64,000 nucleotides of DNA from Camelus dromedarius (lineage: Eukaryota). Position numbers and translations under genes: made by a program. Below, in pieces: positions 26,261 through 38,049 of the stretch. Within the stretch, counting starts at the first letter, position 1. Each line of letters opens with the position of its first letter. The notes under the pieces were generated by a model. That model worked only from the letters and a program-made list of their open reading frames with translations, had not been told where the DNA came from and searched no databases. Location: assembly GCF_036321535.1 (NCBI RefSeq), contig NC_087436.1, positions 97,528,001 to 97,592,000 of the forward strand, given 5' to 3'.

Positions 26261-28582
26261 TCATCTTGCTTTTTTGCTATGTACCATAGGGAAAGGCAAA
26301 ATAATGTACACATCAACATTTAATATCACTGAATTTTTTAAAATGACAGATTTAACGCTAGTAAGATGTATTTTGTACTTTTTTCTTAAGATGGAAAAAT
26401 AAAATTGTTTATATTTCATTTTAAAAGTGCTCAAATAAAATTTTTATGTCTATAGTACATGGGAATTCTGACTTTGATGTCTCATATATGGAAAATTCAT
26501 TGTTTACCTTTTAAAATGGCATATCATCCTACTTGTTTTAGTTTATGATACTTGCTAGTTGTTAATATTTTTGCACTGCCACAGTTTATTTTTTCCCTTT
26601 TAATATGATAATAATCTAATATTTTAGTTTGGCTATATCTTGAAAGTGAAGACACGTTGTTTCCTTGGATGTTAATCCAGATCAAATAATATGCAAATAA
26701 CAAGAAAAATCAGTTTATAAAATCTTTTATATAACCCCACACTTAAAGGATACTAGCCACATAAATAATACATTTTAAAGCATTTAAAGCATAATCTCTC
26801 TTATACAGTTATCCAACTTTCTTCCTCATTTTAGAGATGTAAAAACAGACTCAGGGAGGCTTAGGGACCCCTATGAATCACTCTCACAGTGGCATTGGTA
26901 TGAATGATATGTTGATCTCAGCTATGCTATGAATCCTTAGTAGCCTTTGAAACTTCATTCTGCTTCAAATAAAGAAACAAAAAACAAATGCATAAAAATA
27001 GAGACAAGGATTTAAAAATTCTGTCACTATGGAAACCCAAGTTAGTGTGCTAATCAGTAATTCTCATTTTTATAGCTCCCAATAATTGAATGCTATAGGG
27101 AATTTGAACTAAGTTTTGATGGCTGTCTGATGATCATGAACAAATTCTAGAGTAAACAATTAGGGATTATCCTATAGCACTGTGAGAATGTTTGACGTAT
27201 TTGCCTTTCCTTCCGGGATTTGAATATTGTTTAGAATCAGGAAAATATGTCAGCATTTTAAACTTAATTAAAGCTATAATAAATAAAATGCCTTAAGAAA
27301 TTTTGCTAAGTCTTCAAAATGCCCATTAGCCTACAACCACTTTTGATTTTACTAGAATGCTCAAGCTTTCCTTTCAAACTATCTTTAGATGGAAAGCATC
27401 TTGAAATTATTCCAACTCATAAGTTCATAATTAATTACATTCACTACTAAGATTTAGTGCGTGCACTTCATTTGCATAACCATCTGTTATGTTTGCATTA
27501 ACACAGCAGAGGATCTATAGCTTACTGAAATTACTGGACAGCATTTACAAAGAGCTGCTCCAATGGGAGTTTGCTTAGTGTTTGCATGGTTGTTGTATTT
27601 GAATTATCACAGCAGTGATTTAATTCCAGTCTCCAACCAACATAGTAATTTGAGTACAGTAGATTAAAAACACTTTTCTTTCTTAGCATTTATTTCACCT
27701 TGGATACAGCTTCAATCTTCAGTTAGAGATATAGACCACTTAATATTCTCAGTCTGTGCCATCTGTTGGCAGAGAGTGATTACCTGTTACCAGCAATTTG
27801 GTTTAGGGCGTGTGAGAATTGAGACACCTCTTTGATATCCATGTGGAGGTGTCAAGCACACATTTAATCATTTAACTGTGAGGTTGTATGGAGCGACGTG
27901 ACAGAGATACACATTTGGTAAATTTGGCAGATGGTATTCAAGAGCAATCTAGAAGACAGAAGTAGCTCAGTAGTATATTACTTGGGATTTGGTATATTTT
28001 GTTCAGGGCTCAGTGGTAACTCAGAGAAAGTAGTAAGCAATTCTACTCAGAAAGGATGTGTCAGAAAAGGCTCTGAGAAAAGGTGAGTCATGATCTGAAA
28101 TCCTGGAATCTGGTTATGTGCTGTCAAGACAAATGAAGAGAGGAAAGGGGGCTGTATTGCCAGTAAAAAAAAAAAAAAAAAATTGACAAGGAAGAGATGT
28201 ATGAGAACAGGTATGAAGTAATTTGTACTTCCAAAAAGTGACTTTGTTATTATTTTACAAAAACTATAGTGGGGCCTCTGAAAATAATTCAAAATATACT
28301 GTTAAGAAAACAGACAATAACAATTACAATCCACTTATTCAGATTACCATTGTTATCAACTTGGTAGTTACTCTATATCTGCACATCTACATGAATGGAT
28401 TTTTTTAAATGGCAATGGTACTACGTACACATCAGAAAGTTTTTCATGACTTGTTTTCTATCTTAACACAGAAAGATCTGCCTTACTAGTTTTTGATAAC
28501 ACTACAGTAGTGGTAAAAGGTTTGGGTGGGAAATTATTACCATTTACCTAAATAGTTCCTTGTTCATTTTCCTTCAGGTAGT

Positions 28583-28785
28583 TGTGTTAGTCAGCTTTCT
28601 GCAGATAATCAGAACCGACAGGTGTGACTGTATTTGTATACCTATATATCTGTATTGATCTATATCTCCATCTCTCTCTCTGTCTCTCTGGAGAAATACC
28701 TAAAGAAAATACCTTCACAGCAACATCTAGATTGATGTTTGACTAAAACCTGTGTACCGTGTTGACATGCAAAATTAATCACCAT
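28583..28785 (-). mobile_element. MLT2-like ERVL LTR, internally deleted
   Basis: Both ends present: 'tgtgttagtcagctttctgcagataatcagaacc' and 'ccttcacagcaacatctagattgatgtttgac...ttgacatgcaaaattaatcacca'. Confidence 0.7.
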
Positions 28786-29109
28786 GGCTTACAGTTTACT
28801 TGCCATCACAGCCATTGCAAAGAACTATCTTCTGTGGCATAATCTAAGTATCTATAGGATATTTTGTGGGTATGATATAAATATTTATGTCATTATAAAA
28901 TAATAGTATAACATTATTACAGTATTTTTAGAATATTTTTCTAATAGTGGAATTTCTGGGAAAAGGTAGTGTTGTATGTTAAATATGAAAGATATTGTCA
29001 TCCAAAAATGCTACCTCAATGTACACTCTAAGGGTCTGTGAAACTGCAAGATGCAGTCAAGGATTTTTCAGTAATTTCCTGTAACGACTAACCATAAAAT
29101 ATATTACTT

Positions 29110-29930
29110 CATTCTTCAGTGTTCAATCCAACATATAACTGTTGGTTCTTCTGTTCTTCAAGCATTAGAGAAGAAATCATATGATTAAGTAAGTCATTGT
29201 TCTCAAGGAGCTTAAATCCAGTGGGGGAAATACATACAATCGGATAATTATAAACGATGTAGAAAGGGCTATTATAGAAGTCTGCACAGGATATCCCAGC
29301 AGCACGCAGTAAGCGCCATCTCACTTCTCTTAGAGTTTGGGAGGGAGGGAGGGACATGTGGGTTACGACTTAAAAATTGGGAGAGAGCCATAAACATGAA
29401 AGGGATGACATTTCAAAAACAAAATCCTGTATGAGCAAAGACTCAGAGGTTAGGAATTATATTGTATCTCTGGGGACTCTATACACGGTTTTACATTGTT
29501 TAAGCATGAAGTGTGACATCAATCATGACAGAAAAACGGGGCTGCGGAGCAAGGCTATAGTCAGGTCATGGGTCACCTTGAAGGCTGTTTTAATGAGCTT
29601 GCATTGTATGTGCTCGGTCAGGAGGGGATTTTACAGGGTGTTGAGCAGGACATGGACATGAGTGTATTCCTACTGCTGGTGCATTGTGTAGAGAGTGGGT
29701 TTAAGCAGCACAAGGGTGATGACAGAGTAACCAGGGGAACTGAAGTGAGACGTAAGTTTGAAATGGTAGGCAGCGGCCAGACAGATGAGAACCTTATTTG
29801 AACAAGGAATTTCAACTTTGTCTTGCCTGAAATGAAAGGTTTCAAGCAGAGGATTAATATAATTAAATTTAAATTTTAGAAAGATCATTTGCAATGATAT
29901 GAAGGATGGATGGGAGTAGTGGGAATACCA
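29110..29930 (-). mobile_element. L2 fragment(s)
   Basis: 'ttcattcttcagtgttcaatccaacatat...tctcaaggagcttaaatccagtggggga' and L2 body 'ggattttacagggtgttgagcagg'. Confidence 0.7.
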
Positions 29931-30239
29931 GTTTGATGAAATGTGAGTTAGTATTTGCCAGACAAAAGATTACTGTCTGTAAAATGTTAAGACCTCTTTT
30001 CATTAGTGAGGAAAAGTCAAATAACTCAAAATAAAAAGAACACAATCTGCTTTCCTATATTTTCCTAATTCTCTTAAATTGGTGTGTTTTCCCTTTTTTA
30101 ATGTAATGGGTTGTGATGAAGTCCAGAAAACAGTACTCATCTCTTTCAGGTTATGAAGCAATTGGGTATTACAAGAATCAGCAGTGAAAAGAGTAAAATA
30201 TTAACACTATTGTTGATGAAGATAAAGGTATCTAGGGAA

Positions 30240-30480
30240 GGCGGCATTTCACAACCTCTGCATCAGAGGAAGGCACGTTAGGAGTGAGCAGTAGACACTG
30301 GGCGTCAACTTACCTTATCCTCTAATTCCCGAGCCACGTCATTTCCTTGGTTAAAGGGAAAGAGGGAGGCAAGAGTCATATCACTAGCTTTTTCCCCGCT
30401 CTTAACCTACTGGATTTAACCACAAGTCAATGACTGACCAATAGGGAAGGTACAGTTACCAGCCATCAAGATGGTAAGTC
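30240..30480. promoter_or_regulatory. Candidate promoter/enhancer patch with outward-facing 5' splice sites
   Basis: Six retained CpGs, CGTCA 30303-30307, CCACGTCA 30334-30341, CCAAT 30438-30442, AAG|GTAAGT on minus (30308-30316), ATG|GTAAGT on plus (30471-30479). Confidence 0.35.
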
Positions 30481-32672
30481 TTTAGAACCTCTTGAGGCAT
30501 TTCTCCAAGTACCAATGACTGCTCCTTTGGGTCTCTTCCTGAGACCATTCATCAGCAGAGGGGATAAAACTTATACTGTTAGAAATCTCCAAAATGGGTC
30601 AGATTTGTCTTTAGTAAGTTTCTTTCAGGGTCATTCTGTTCACAAGGCTGAAAACTCATTTATCATTCTGTTTCCTCTCACAAATTTTGCTCAGCCACCT
30701 TGTCTAATATAATCTATTAGAGATTCTGTAATGAGATGAAATGAAATTGTAAGGGATTTCTATTATTAAAATACTAGTCACCTCAATAGCAAAATGTCAA
30801 CCACATTGAGATGCCCATAATTTTAATAAAACCTTTTTCTATGATCAAATTTCAAAGATAAATGGAACATTAAAGGTTTAATTTCTCTTGAAAAGAATTA
30901 AATCCAGAAACAAAGTCAGAAAGAAAAACAATTTTAAGTCAAATTTTATTGCTTTTAAATTAAAAGTCTAAAATCCAAAACCATTGTTAATTTTTATTCC
31001 AAAATCCATCCTCCCCACTTTTTCATTTTGACCAAATTCAACAAGAGGGTTTGCAATTCTAAGGTAGGGTTTAGATATTTTAGAAGCTGAGTTGTCTTCT
31101 AACTAGAATGAGTGTGTAAGTTCAGGGTCTCAGAATTTGTATTAATTTGACATCAATTTTTTCTTTAGCTTTACTTTGAAAGAATTGAATGAGTTAAAAA
31201 GATGTGCAAGAATATTCCAGCACGGAGCTCATGCTTTCCAAATGAGGGAAACATATAGTTGGAGCCCTCAGGCTAACTATCTCAAGTTTAATGTACAATT
31301 GTGTTCCCAGAACTCTAGTTGTAGTTTTGTAAACACACAGACAGACACACACACACACTTTAGTCTAAAACCACCAGCACTTGAGTGAAGGTAGAAAGGT
31401 GGAGAATTCTTTGTTTTTACTGCACTAGAATGCTACTTGGCCTTTGCCAGTTGTCAGAAATTTGTGACCTGTGACCCTAAACTGATCAGGGTACTACACA
31501 TTCTTAGGGGAATCAGCCCATAAAGCTATTCTTTCAGAGTCAGAGTTGAGATATTTGAGAAGTTGCTGACTTCTCCCAAAGTTCAGAAATGTATGGTGAC
31601 TGCACTCATATTCCATGCTTCACTTCCCTATCCATTATATCCAAGTGTACTCTACTACCCAACCAGTAATGAACTGTATGTAAACTCCAAACATTAAAAG
31701 AAAAAAAAAAAAATCTCCTTTCATGAGAAGGCATTCCTGGGTCGTGTGCTGCAGGGTTTGTTTCTGCTGACTGCTGTCGCAGAATTGCTTAGGAAAGAGA
31801 AACCTGCCTCTTACCAAAGGATCTCTCCTCATATGCACAGAGTCCCTCTAGAGCCAGATTTAGTCCTTGTGGTACCTGGTGCCTCCGAAGCATGCATTCA
31901 AGCCACAGAAATCCAAGCTTGGTCAGCTCTTCTGCAGTTCCTTGTTTGAGATAAGTGCTAATTATATGATTAAATTATATAAATAACATCTTTCCCCAAG
32001 TATGATTTTCATTTATTCATATATCCCCTTGTGTATTTATTTAGTTAGAGCAATTTTGCTGTGAATATATGTGATTCGCTCACTTGTTCTTCCTTTTCCC
32101 TTTTCTCCCAAAGAAGACCTAAGGGTTAGAGTAATTTTTCTCAGATACCATGAACTGATAAAGAAAACAGATGTACTGTAGGACTCAGGGAATCTGGATG
32201 TTGAGCAGAAAGAAAACTTTTTGAGATCCTAATGAACTATAAGAGAGTTAGATTCATTAGTTACTTTACTGAGTGAAAGGGAAGCTGTCACCCTATTTGG
32301 GAAAGCTCATTAAGGTGTATTAGAGTTATCTGTGTTGCAGTACACCCGAGGGTTCTGTATATATTGAATTTGATTGCTATCTGGAAGCTTCACTATGTGT
32401 CTACTCTCACCTCCCAGACTAGTTTTGGCCCTAAAGACATATAGTGTAACTTGATAGCTTTATTTAGGAAATTTTGATAACTTTCAATAGCTTTAAATAG
32501 TTAAGAAAAATGAGATGTTTCTCCATGTCTACTATCCTTCATAAATTATCAAAGAAATCCTCTCTGGTCAGTCCACCTGCTCACTCACATAGTGGGTTCC
32601 TGTTACTCCCTAATGTGAAGGGTCAACTTGGCACTTGTGCTTAGTAAATTATACTTGCTATGCTCTTTTCTT

Positions 32673-32805
32673 GTCTTATGACTTTATATTATTTTTTATG
32701 AGCACTTATTTTTATTCTTTTTTTAAAAATAGAGATACTGTGGATTGAACTCAGGACCTTGTGAGTGCTAAGCATGCACTCTACCAATGAGCTATACCCA
32801 CTCCC
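32673..32805 (-). mobile_element. tRNA-Ala-derived SINE (Vic-1-like, camelid), short form
   Basis: Minus strand GGGTATAGCTCATTGGTAGAGTGCATGCTTAGCACTCACAAGGTCCTGAGTTCAATCC (A and B boxes, AGC anticodon arm); A-rich tail; TSD ttgctatgct[atgtt]cttttctt. Confidence 0.9.
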
Positions 32806-32974
32806 TTGCTATGCTATGTTCTTTTCTTAATCTCTTCTCTTTCTTTCTAATTCCCATAGTTAATGATTTCAAATAACAGAGTCATGGCAATAATGGAGAT
32901 AACCTGCCCAACAAAATTGGGTATACAGTACAAATTTTCAATATAAAATTTGTGGAGCCTAAAAATATTTATAT

Positions 32975-34390
32975 TTCATCATTTTTGTTATAAAATAAAA
33001 CTCATATATGGATATGGATAAATCACCATAAACAAATGTACTCCTTAATGGGTTATTGTAAGGCTAATCTCCACATAATTTATTTATGCCCAAGTCAAGA
33101 AATATAATTTTGTCACCCACCCTTGAAACTCCTCATGTGTCACATTCAAATTTTAAATTCCTTCTTTCCCCAAAAGCAATCATTATCTTGACTTTTATGG
33201 TAACCAATTTCTTAAATTTCTTTGCAATTTTATCATTAAAAGTACATTCCTAGAAACTATAGTGTTTCCCATTTTTTGAAGCTGTGGTATATTTTAAAAT
33301 TCTTTTTATAAGTACCCTCTTCACTACTTTAATTTTCTTATAATGTATCTGTTGATGTTCCAACAGTCTGGGGTTTTGATTGCATATAGGTGGCTGGATC
33401 AGATTCTTGTCTGATCCCTATTTTAAGATTATAGACCGAGGTGTGTTTCTGCAGTAGAAGGTACATGATGTCTAACTTTCTTTGTTAGAAATATGGTTGA
33501 TATTCAATGCCTAGTACATCCCAAAAATTGTTGGGTGTTTGCAAAAATGGTGACACTAAGTCAATCACTCCTTTCTCATTTAATAGTTTAAGTGCTTTTT
33601 ATAAAGAGATAAAGAGGCACTTTACATCGTGTAGTATTTGGTTATGCAGTGGCACAGTTAGTACAGGAAAAATAGACTAAGTAGCTGTAATTTTCTCACA
33701 TTTACAAGTTTTCAAAATAAATGAATTGATGCCCTGTCATCCTCCAAAGTTGATCAATTAGCTGTTTTCTTTTTCTGACATAATTTTCAATTTATCACTT
33801 CAAATGAATAAATGACTTTCAAACAATGGAAATTTTCATTCTTTTTCAAGCTTACATTTTCAAGTTAGTGGGAGATTCTTTGAGCTGGCACCTTTGGTCT
33901 GTTATTGTTGTTGCTTGATTTGTTTGGCGGCCCCCCAGTTGGCTGATATGACCCTATTTGACTTTGATAGCCTCCTCAGTATTTGGTGAGACTAGGATAT
34001 TCCAGGGTCATCACATAAATTTTCTGCCCCAGCCTGGATTCAGCATTTCTTCAATGAGTGCTTGTTTCTTTTCATAGGTACTGGGAACTCAAACTACAAG
34101 CTATGCTCTAGAGATTCCTCTGGCTTCCAAGATTGTCATTTTTTCCCACATTGTATCTTCCAATTTAGTAGTCATACTTGCAATTTAAATTTAAGCCTAA
34201 CTTTTAAAATTTAACCCTTTGTGTTAAATCTATATTTCCTTTTTTTTTTCCATTCTGAGAATTCTTGCCCTAAAGGACATAATGGATGAAAGAATTAAAA
34301 TAATCCCATAATTTTTCATTAACTTTATCCCACATTATATGCACAGAAATCTTAGAATAACATTACAAAAACTACCACTTGTGGTATCAT
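32975..34390 (-). mobile_element. Old L1 (L1MD/ME-like) 3' region, approximate bounds
   Basis: 'ccaagtcaagaaatataatttt...ccttgaaactcctcatgtgt...cattatcttgacttttatggtaacca'; 'gatattccagggtcatc...ctgccccagcctggattcagcatttcttcaatgag'. Confidence 0.65.
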
Positions 34391-34399
34391 AACTCTAAA

Positions 34400-34622
34400 T
34401 CTTCACATGGCACTTCCCATGTGTGTGTGTCTGTCTCTAAATTTCCTCTTTTTATTAGGACATCGGTCATACTGGGTTAGTGTCCACCCTAATAACCTCA
34501 TTTTAAGTTGATTACCTCTCTAAAGATCCTTTCTCCAAATGAGGTCACTTGCTGAGGTACTGGGCAGGGTGGGGGGTACTTCCACATATGAAATTTGAGG
34601 GGAAACAATTCGCTCCATATCA
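34400..34622 (-). mobile_element. MLT1B/C-like LTR fragment
   Basis: 'ggacatcggtcatactgggttagtgtccaccctaataacctcatttta...aaagatcctttctccaaatgaggtcac...tgaggtactggg'. Confidence 0.8.
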
Positions 34623-34624
34623 GT

Positions 34625-34750
34625 CTTTTTATTGAGGTATACTTGATTTACAGAATTATATTAGTTTTAGGTATACACATGATGATTCAGTATTCTTACA
34701 GTTTATAAAAGTTTATTACAAAGTAATAGCTGTAATTCCCTTTGCTGATA
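34625..34750 (-). mobile_element. Short L1 3' end
   Basis: 'tttttattgaggtatacttgatttacagaattatattagttttaggtataca...atgattcagtatt'. Confidence 0.75.
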
Positions 34751-37700
34751 CTTTTCTATCCTTTAATTTTATTTGAATTGGTTTTCCTAAACTTTTAGAA
34801 GAAAAGTGTGGCTCAGGGCTTTTTGTTGTTGTTGTTGTTTCCTACCTTCACAGACCATCCTCCTCTGTTCGTGTGGTGAAGAACTGCATGGTGACTTGAT
34901 TCTTAAGATTTCCTGGCTGTATCGCTTCCTCTCTTTTATATGGATTTTCACTTTCTAATATCACTTTTTAACTAAATTTTGATTCTACCTTGAGCTTTTT
35001 CTCCTCAATGGGGGGTCTTATCCTAGAAGAAGTTCTGGATGTTTTCAGCTTCTGTGGAGTTTATAGATGGGTCCTCTAGCCCCTTGCAGATCTTGCAATG
35101 ATGCCTTGCACTCACCTTCTGGACTGGGCACCACCTCTGTCCATTTCAGCTGCTGTTTTGAGGCTGTCTCACCATGATCCCTAGTGAGGACCTATCGATT
35201 ATTTTGGAGCTTTTCTTTTTCAGCCCCATCAGATACCTTGGTGCTACCCTCTGCTTTCTCCTGTACAGATGCTGATAACATGCAAGTATTTTTTTTTACA
35301 GTGACTTGTATTTTTGAGCTCATAATGATACCTTTTCACCTGGTTTAGTTTTAAGAATGGTACACGAGTCTTTTCATTCTGCTATTTCCTCTTCCTATTT
35401 TTATGTAGGGATTTGAAAAGATTCGAATACTAGGCTACCTTTGCTCTTGTCCCAGAATCAACCCTGTAGCAGGGGAATTGCTTGATTTAAACTAATGTGA
35501 TAACTTATTCCAATAATTCTTCCCCATTTTTTTTTCACTTCTTTAATTCTAACCAACCTTTCACATGCCAATCCAACCATCTAGGGCTATCTGGGAAGTG
35601 TGGCCTTAGCAGAACACCAGAGCATAAAGGGGTGCTAAAAATCATCTTTTTATTTTAAAATAGTGTTTCAAAATTTCTAAAACTCATAATAATTTGAAAA
35701 AAAGATTTTTTTGATCTCCTAGAGTATATTTACATTTTAAATGTCAAAGTTATTTAAAAGCAAACACTAGATTTTATAAAAAAAAAAAAACATTTCCTGA
35801 TTTATGGGTTGGATTTTCTATCCTAGACTTATTAAAGATTTTATGACTGGGCTGAAAGTGTCATCAGAGGAAATAATAGAACCCAATAGTACTGGAAATA
35901 TCTGGGAAGGGACTTCGATCTAGAATGTGTATTTAAGGAAATGAATGTGAAGAGATACCTTTTGTCCTAATTCTTTCACAAATCCCTGGTAGAGAGTAGC
36001 TCAACAGAGGTGTCTTTTGCCAACATGCAGCAATAGTAGAAGAGAACTGGCTTTGACTGGTGCCAGGGGCATTGAGAGTGAGCCCAAAACCACTTTCTGT
36101 GGAATGGGCTGGAAGAGCAGTCCCTTGCCCAGTGGCTGGACAGGGTACATCTAGTTGTCATCTCAGACACAAGCGCCCAGGAGTCTTTCAGAAGTGATAA
36201 GAGGCCACAGAAGCAATATCGGATTTGTCCTGTGCCAGCAGAGATGAGATGGGACTGTACCCTTTGTGGAAGAGGGCAAGGCAGTGGAAGAAAAACCCAG
36301 GAGTCATGCAGTATCAGTATGTGCCAGCTTTCAGGAGACATCAGTGAGCACTGAATACACACCCTTAATTTTATTCACCCTGAGAAGAAGAATCATAGAG
36401 GGTGAGGTCTGGAGTAACATTGAAAATACTGAAGTGATCATTTATTCTGTTACTATTACATGGAATAAATGCTCAAAGTAATATTTGAGTTATTGAGAAA
36501 ACAAATACTTTTTTTTTTACATATTCCAAAGGGGGTACTTGATGCTTCTGTTCTCGGGTGTGCTGGTAAGGCCATCTTTTCCAAATCACTATGGGTGGTG
36601 AAATGGCAGGTGATGAGTGGGAAAGGTTAAAGAAAGGCAAAAGGGGAAGGACTTTTGAAATGAATACAAACATTAGTTTAAATCAATCCTTGTGAAAATG
36701 CCACCTTTCTATATCAGGTACTTTAGATAATAATGCCCAAATTATTGATGTAGAGTGCCATCTCTTACCATTTGTCTTCAATGTACAGACAATGAAATCT
36801 TAACTATCTGGGACCTCCAGAGAATGAATATTGAAAAAAAATTTAAATTTATCTAATAACTTAAGTTTCACTTCTAAAACACAAACAATTTTATAGTTTT
36901 AGTAATTTCTAGCTTGGACTCCTTCCAATATGTATTACAGATTTTTCTACACTAATACATAGCACAGAATAGTGTAGAAATAGAGTTGAAACTTAGCTTT
37001 GATCTCAAATATTCAAACTAATTATTTTGTAACCCTTGTTTTTCTCACCCCAAGCAGTGGTAGCCATTACTGAAAGTTAAGCAGTCCTGCAGCAAACAGC
37101 TCAGGTCCCCCGGGTCATTTCTACTCCACAGTTTCAGAGCCTTTGTGAAGAAAACTCTAAGGGAACTATCTTGTAGGAGGCGGGAGAGGTTTGGAATGAG
37201 AGTAATTACTTACCTAACAAAAAGTAAATTTGGCAAATCAGATTCACAAGAATCAGAAATCTTATCCAGTAATAAGCATTACTAATAACTTCAAACATGC
37301 CAGTTTTCAAAAGGCACAAGAAACGCAGGGAGAGGGCAGGCATGTGGAGGGCGTCTCCTCATTTCCTCTCTTCACTGCATCAGCTATGCACTCGGGAACA
37401 GGATGAATGAGTCTCTAAGTGAGGAATGTGAAATATTACCTGACACATCCTGGAGCATTTAATTCATGAAACATTTCCATTTTATACATCAGCCTAGATG
37501 ACATTTTCCCATAAATCCATAAATTCTGAGTTTATTTACCAAAAACAAGAGCAGTACGTAGTTAAGAGTCTTTCGCTTAGTAAACATCATTAGTCTGCAA
37601 CCAGGAAGGTCATTTATTAGTGTATTTATGAGGAGATTAGACTATGTTGTATGACTTTCCCTGGAAGCCACCACTTCCCAATAAAGAGAGTGAATGGATT

Positions 37701-37861
37701 ACAGGAGAGTTTCTTTAATTTCTTTCACCCTGATTACCAATAAAGACAAATAGCCACTTGCACAGACTTTTATTTATACCTAGCTTTTAATACCAAGTGT
37801 ATATTCATATCTCCATAGAAAAGCCGTTTATACTGAACAGAATCTTCTAGACAACTCTCCC

Positions 37862-37862
<1 letters not shown>

Positions 37863-37893
<31 letters not shown>
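37863..37893. repeat. (AC)15 microsatellite
   Basis: Read directly. Confidence 0.97.
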
Positions 37894-37894
<1 letters not shown>

Positions 37895-38049
37895 CCACTA
37901 ATACCACCACCACACAGCATTATTTCATAGAAATTCGAAATCTGCATTCTATTTATATTTCATCTTTTTAGCTCCTTTTAGCAGTTATATTGCTGAAGAA
38001 TTCCATTTATCATGACATGCTTCAGAAACAGTTTTGTTTAAGCCCTCTT

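Noticed and set aside
25956..26402. 148-aa ORF (longest in track)
   Set aside because: Antisense L1 3'UTR plus T-rich flank; similar peptide recurs in the L1 copies at 40700 and 42663
30150..30227. 78-nt in-frame exon candidate (tttcag|...AAG|gtatct)
   Set aside because: Weak donor; peptide VMKQLGITRISSEKSKILTLLLMKIK not recognisable
32730..32805. tRNA-Ala gene
   Set aside because: Mismatched stems, A-rich tail and TSD show a SINE; the same applies to 55825-55898
35976..36362. 128-aa minus-strand ORF
   Set aside because: Cys/Trp/Ser-rich composition typical of non-coding frames; no domain or splice support
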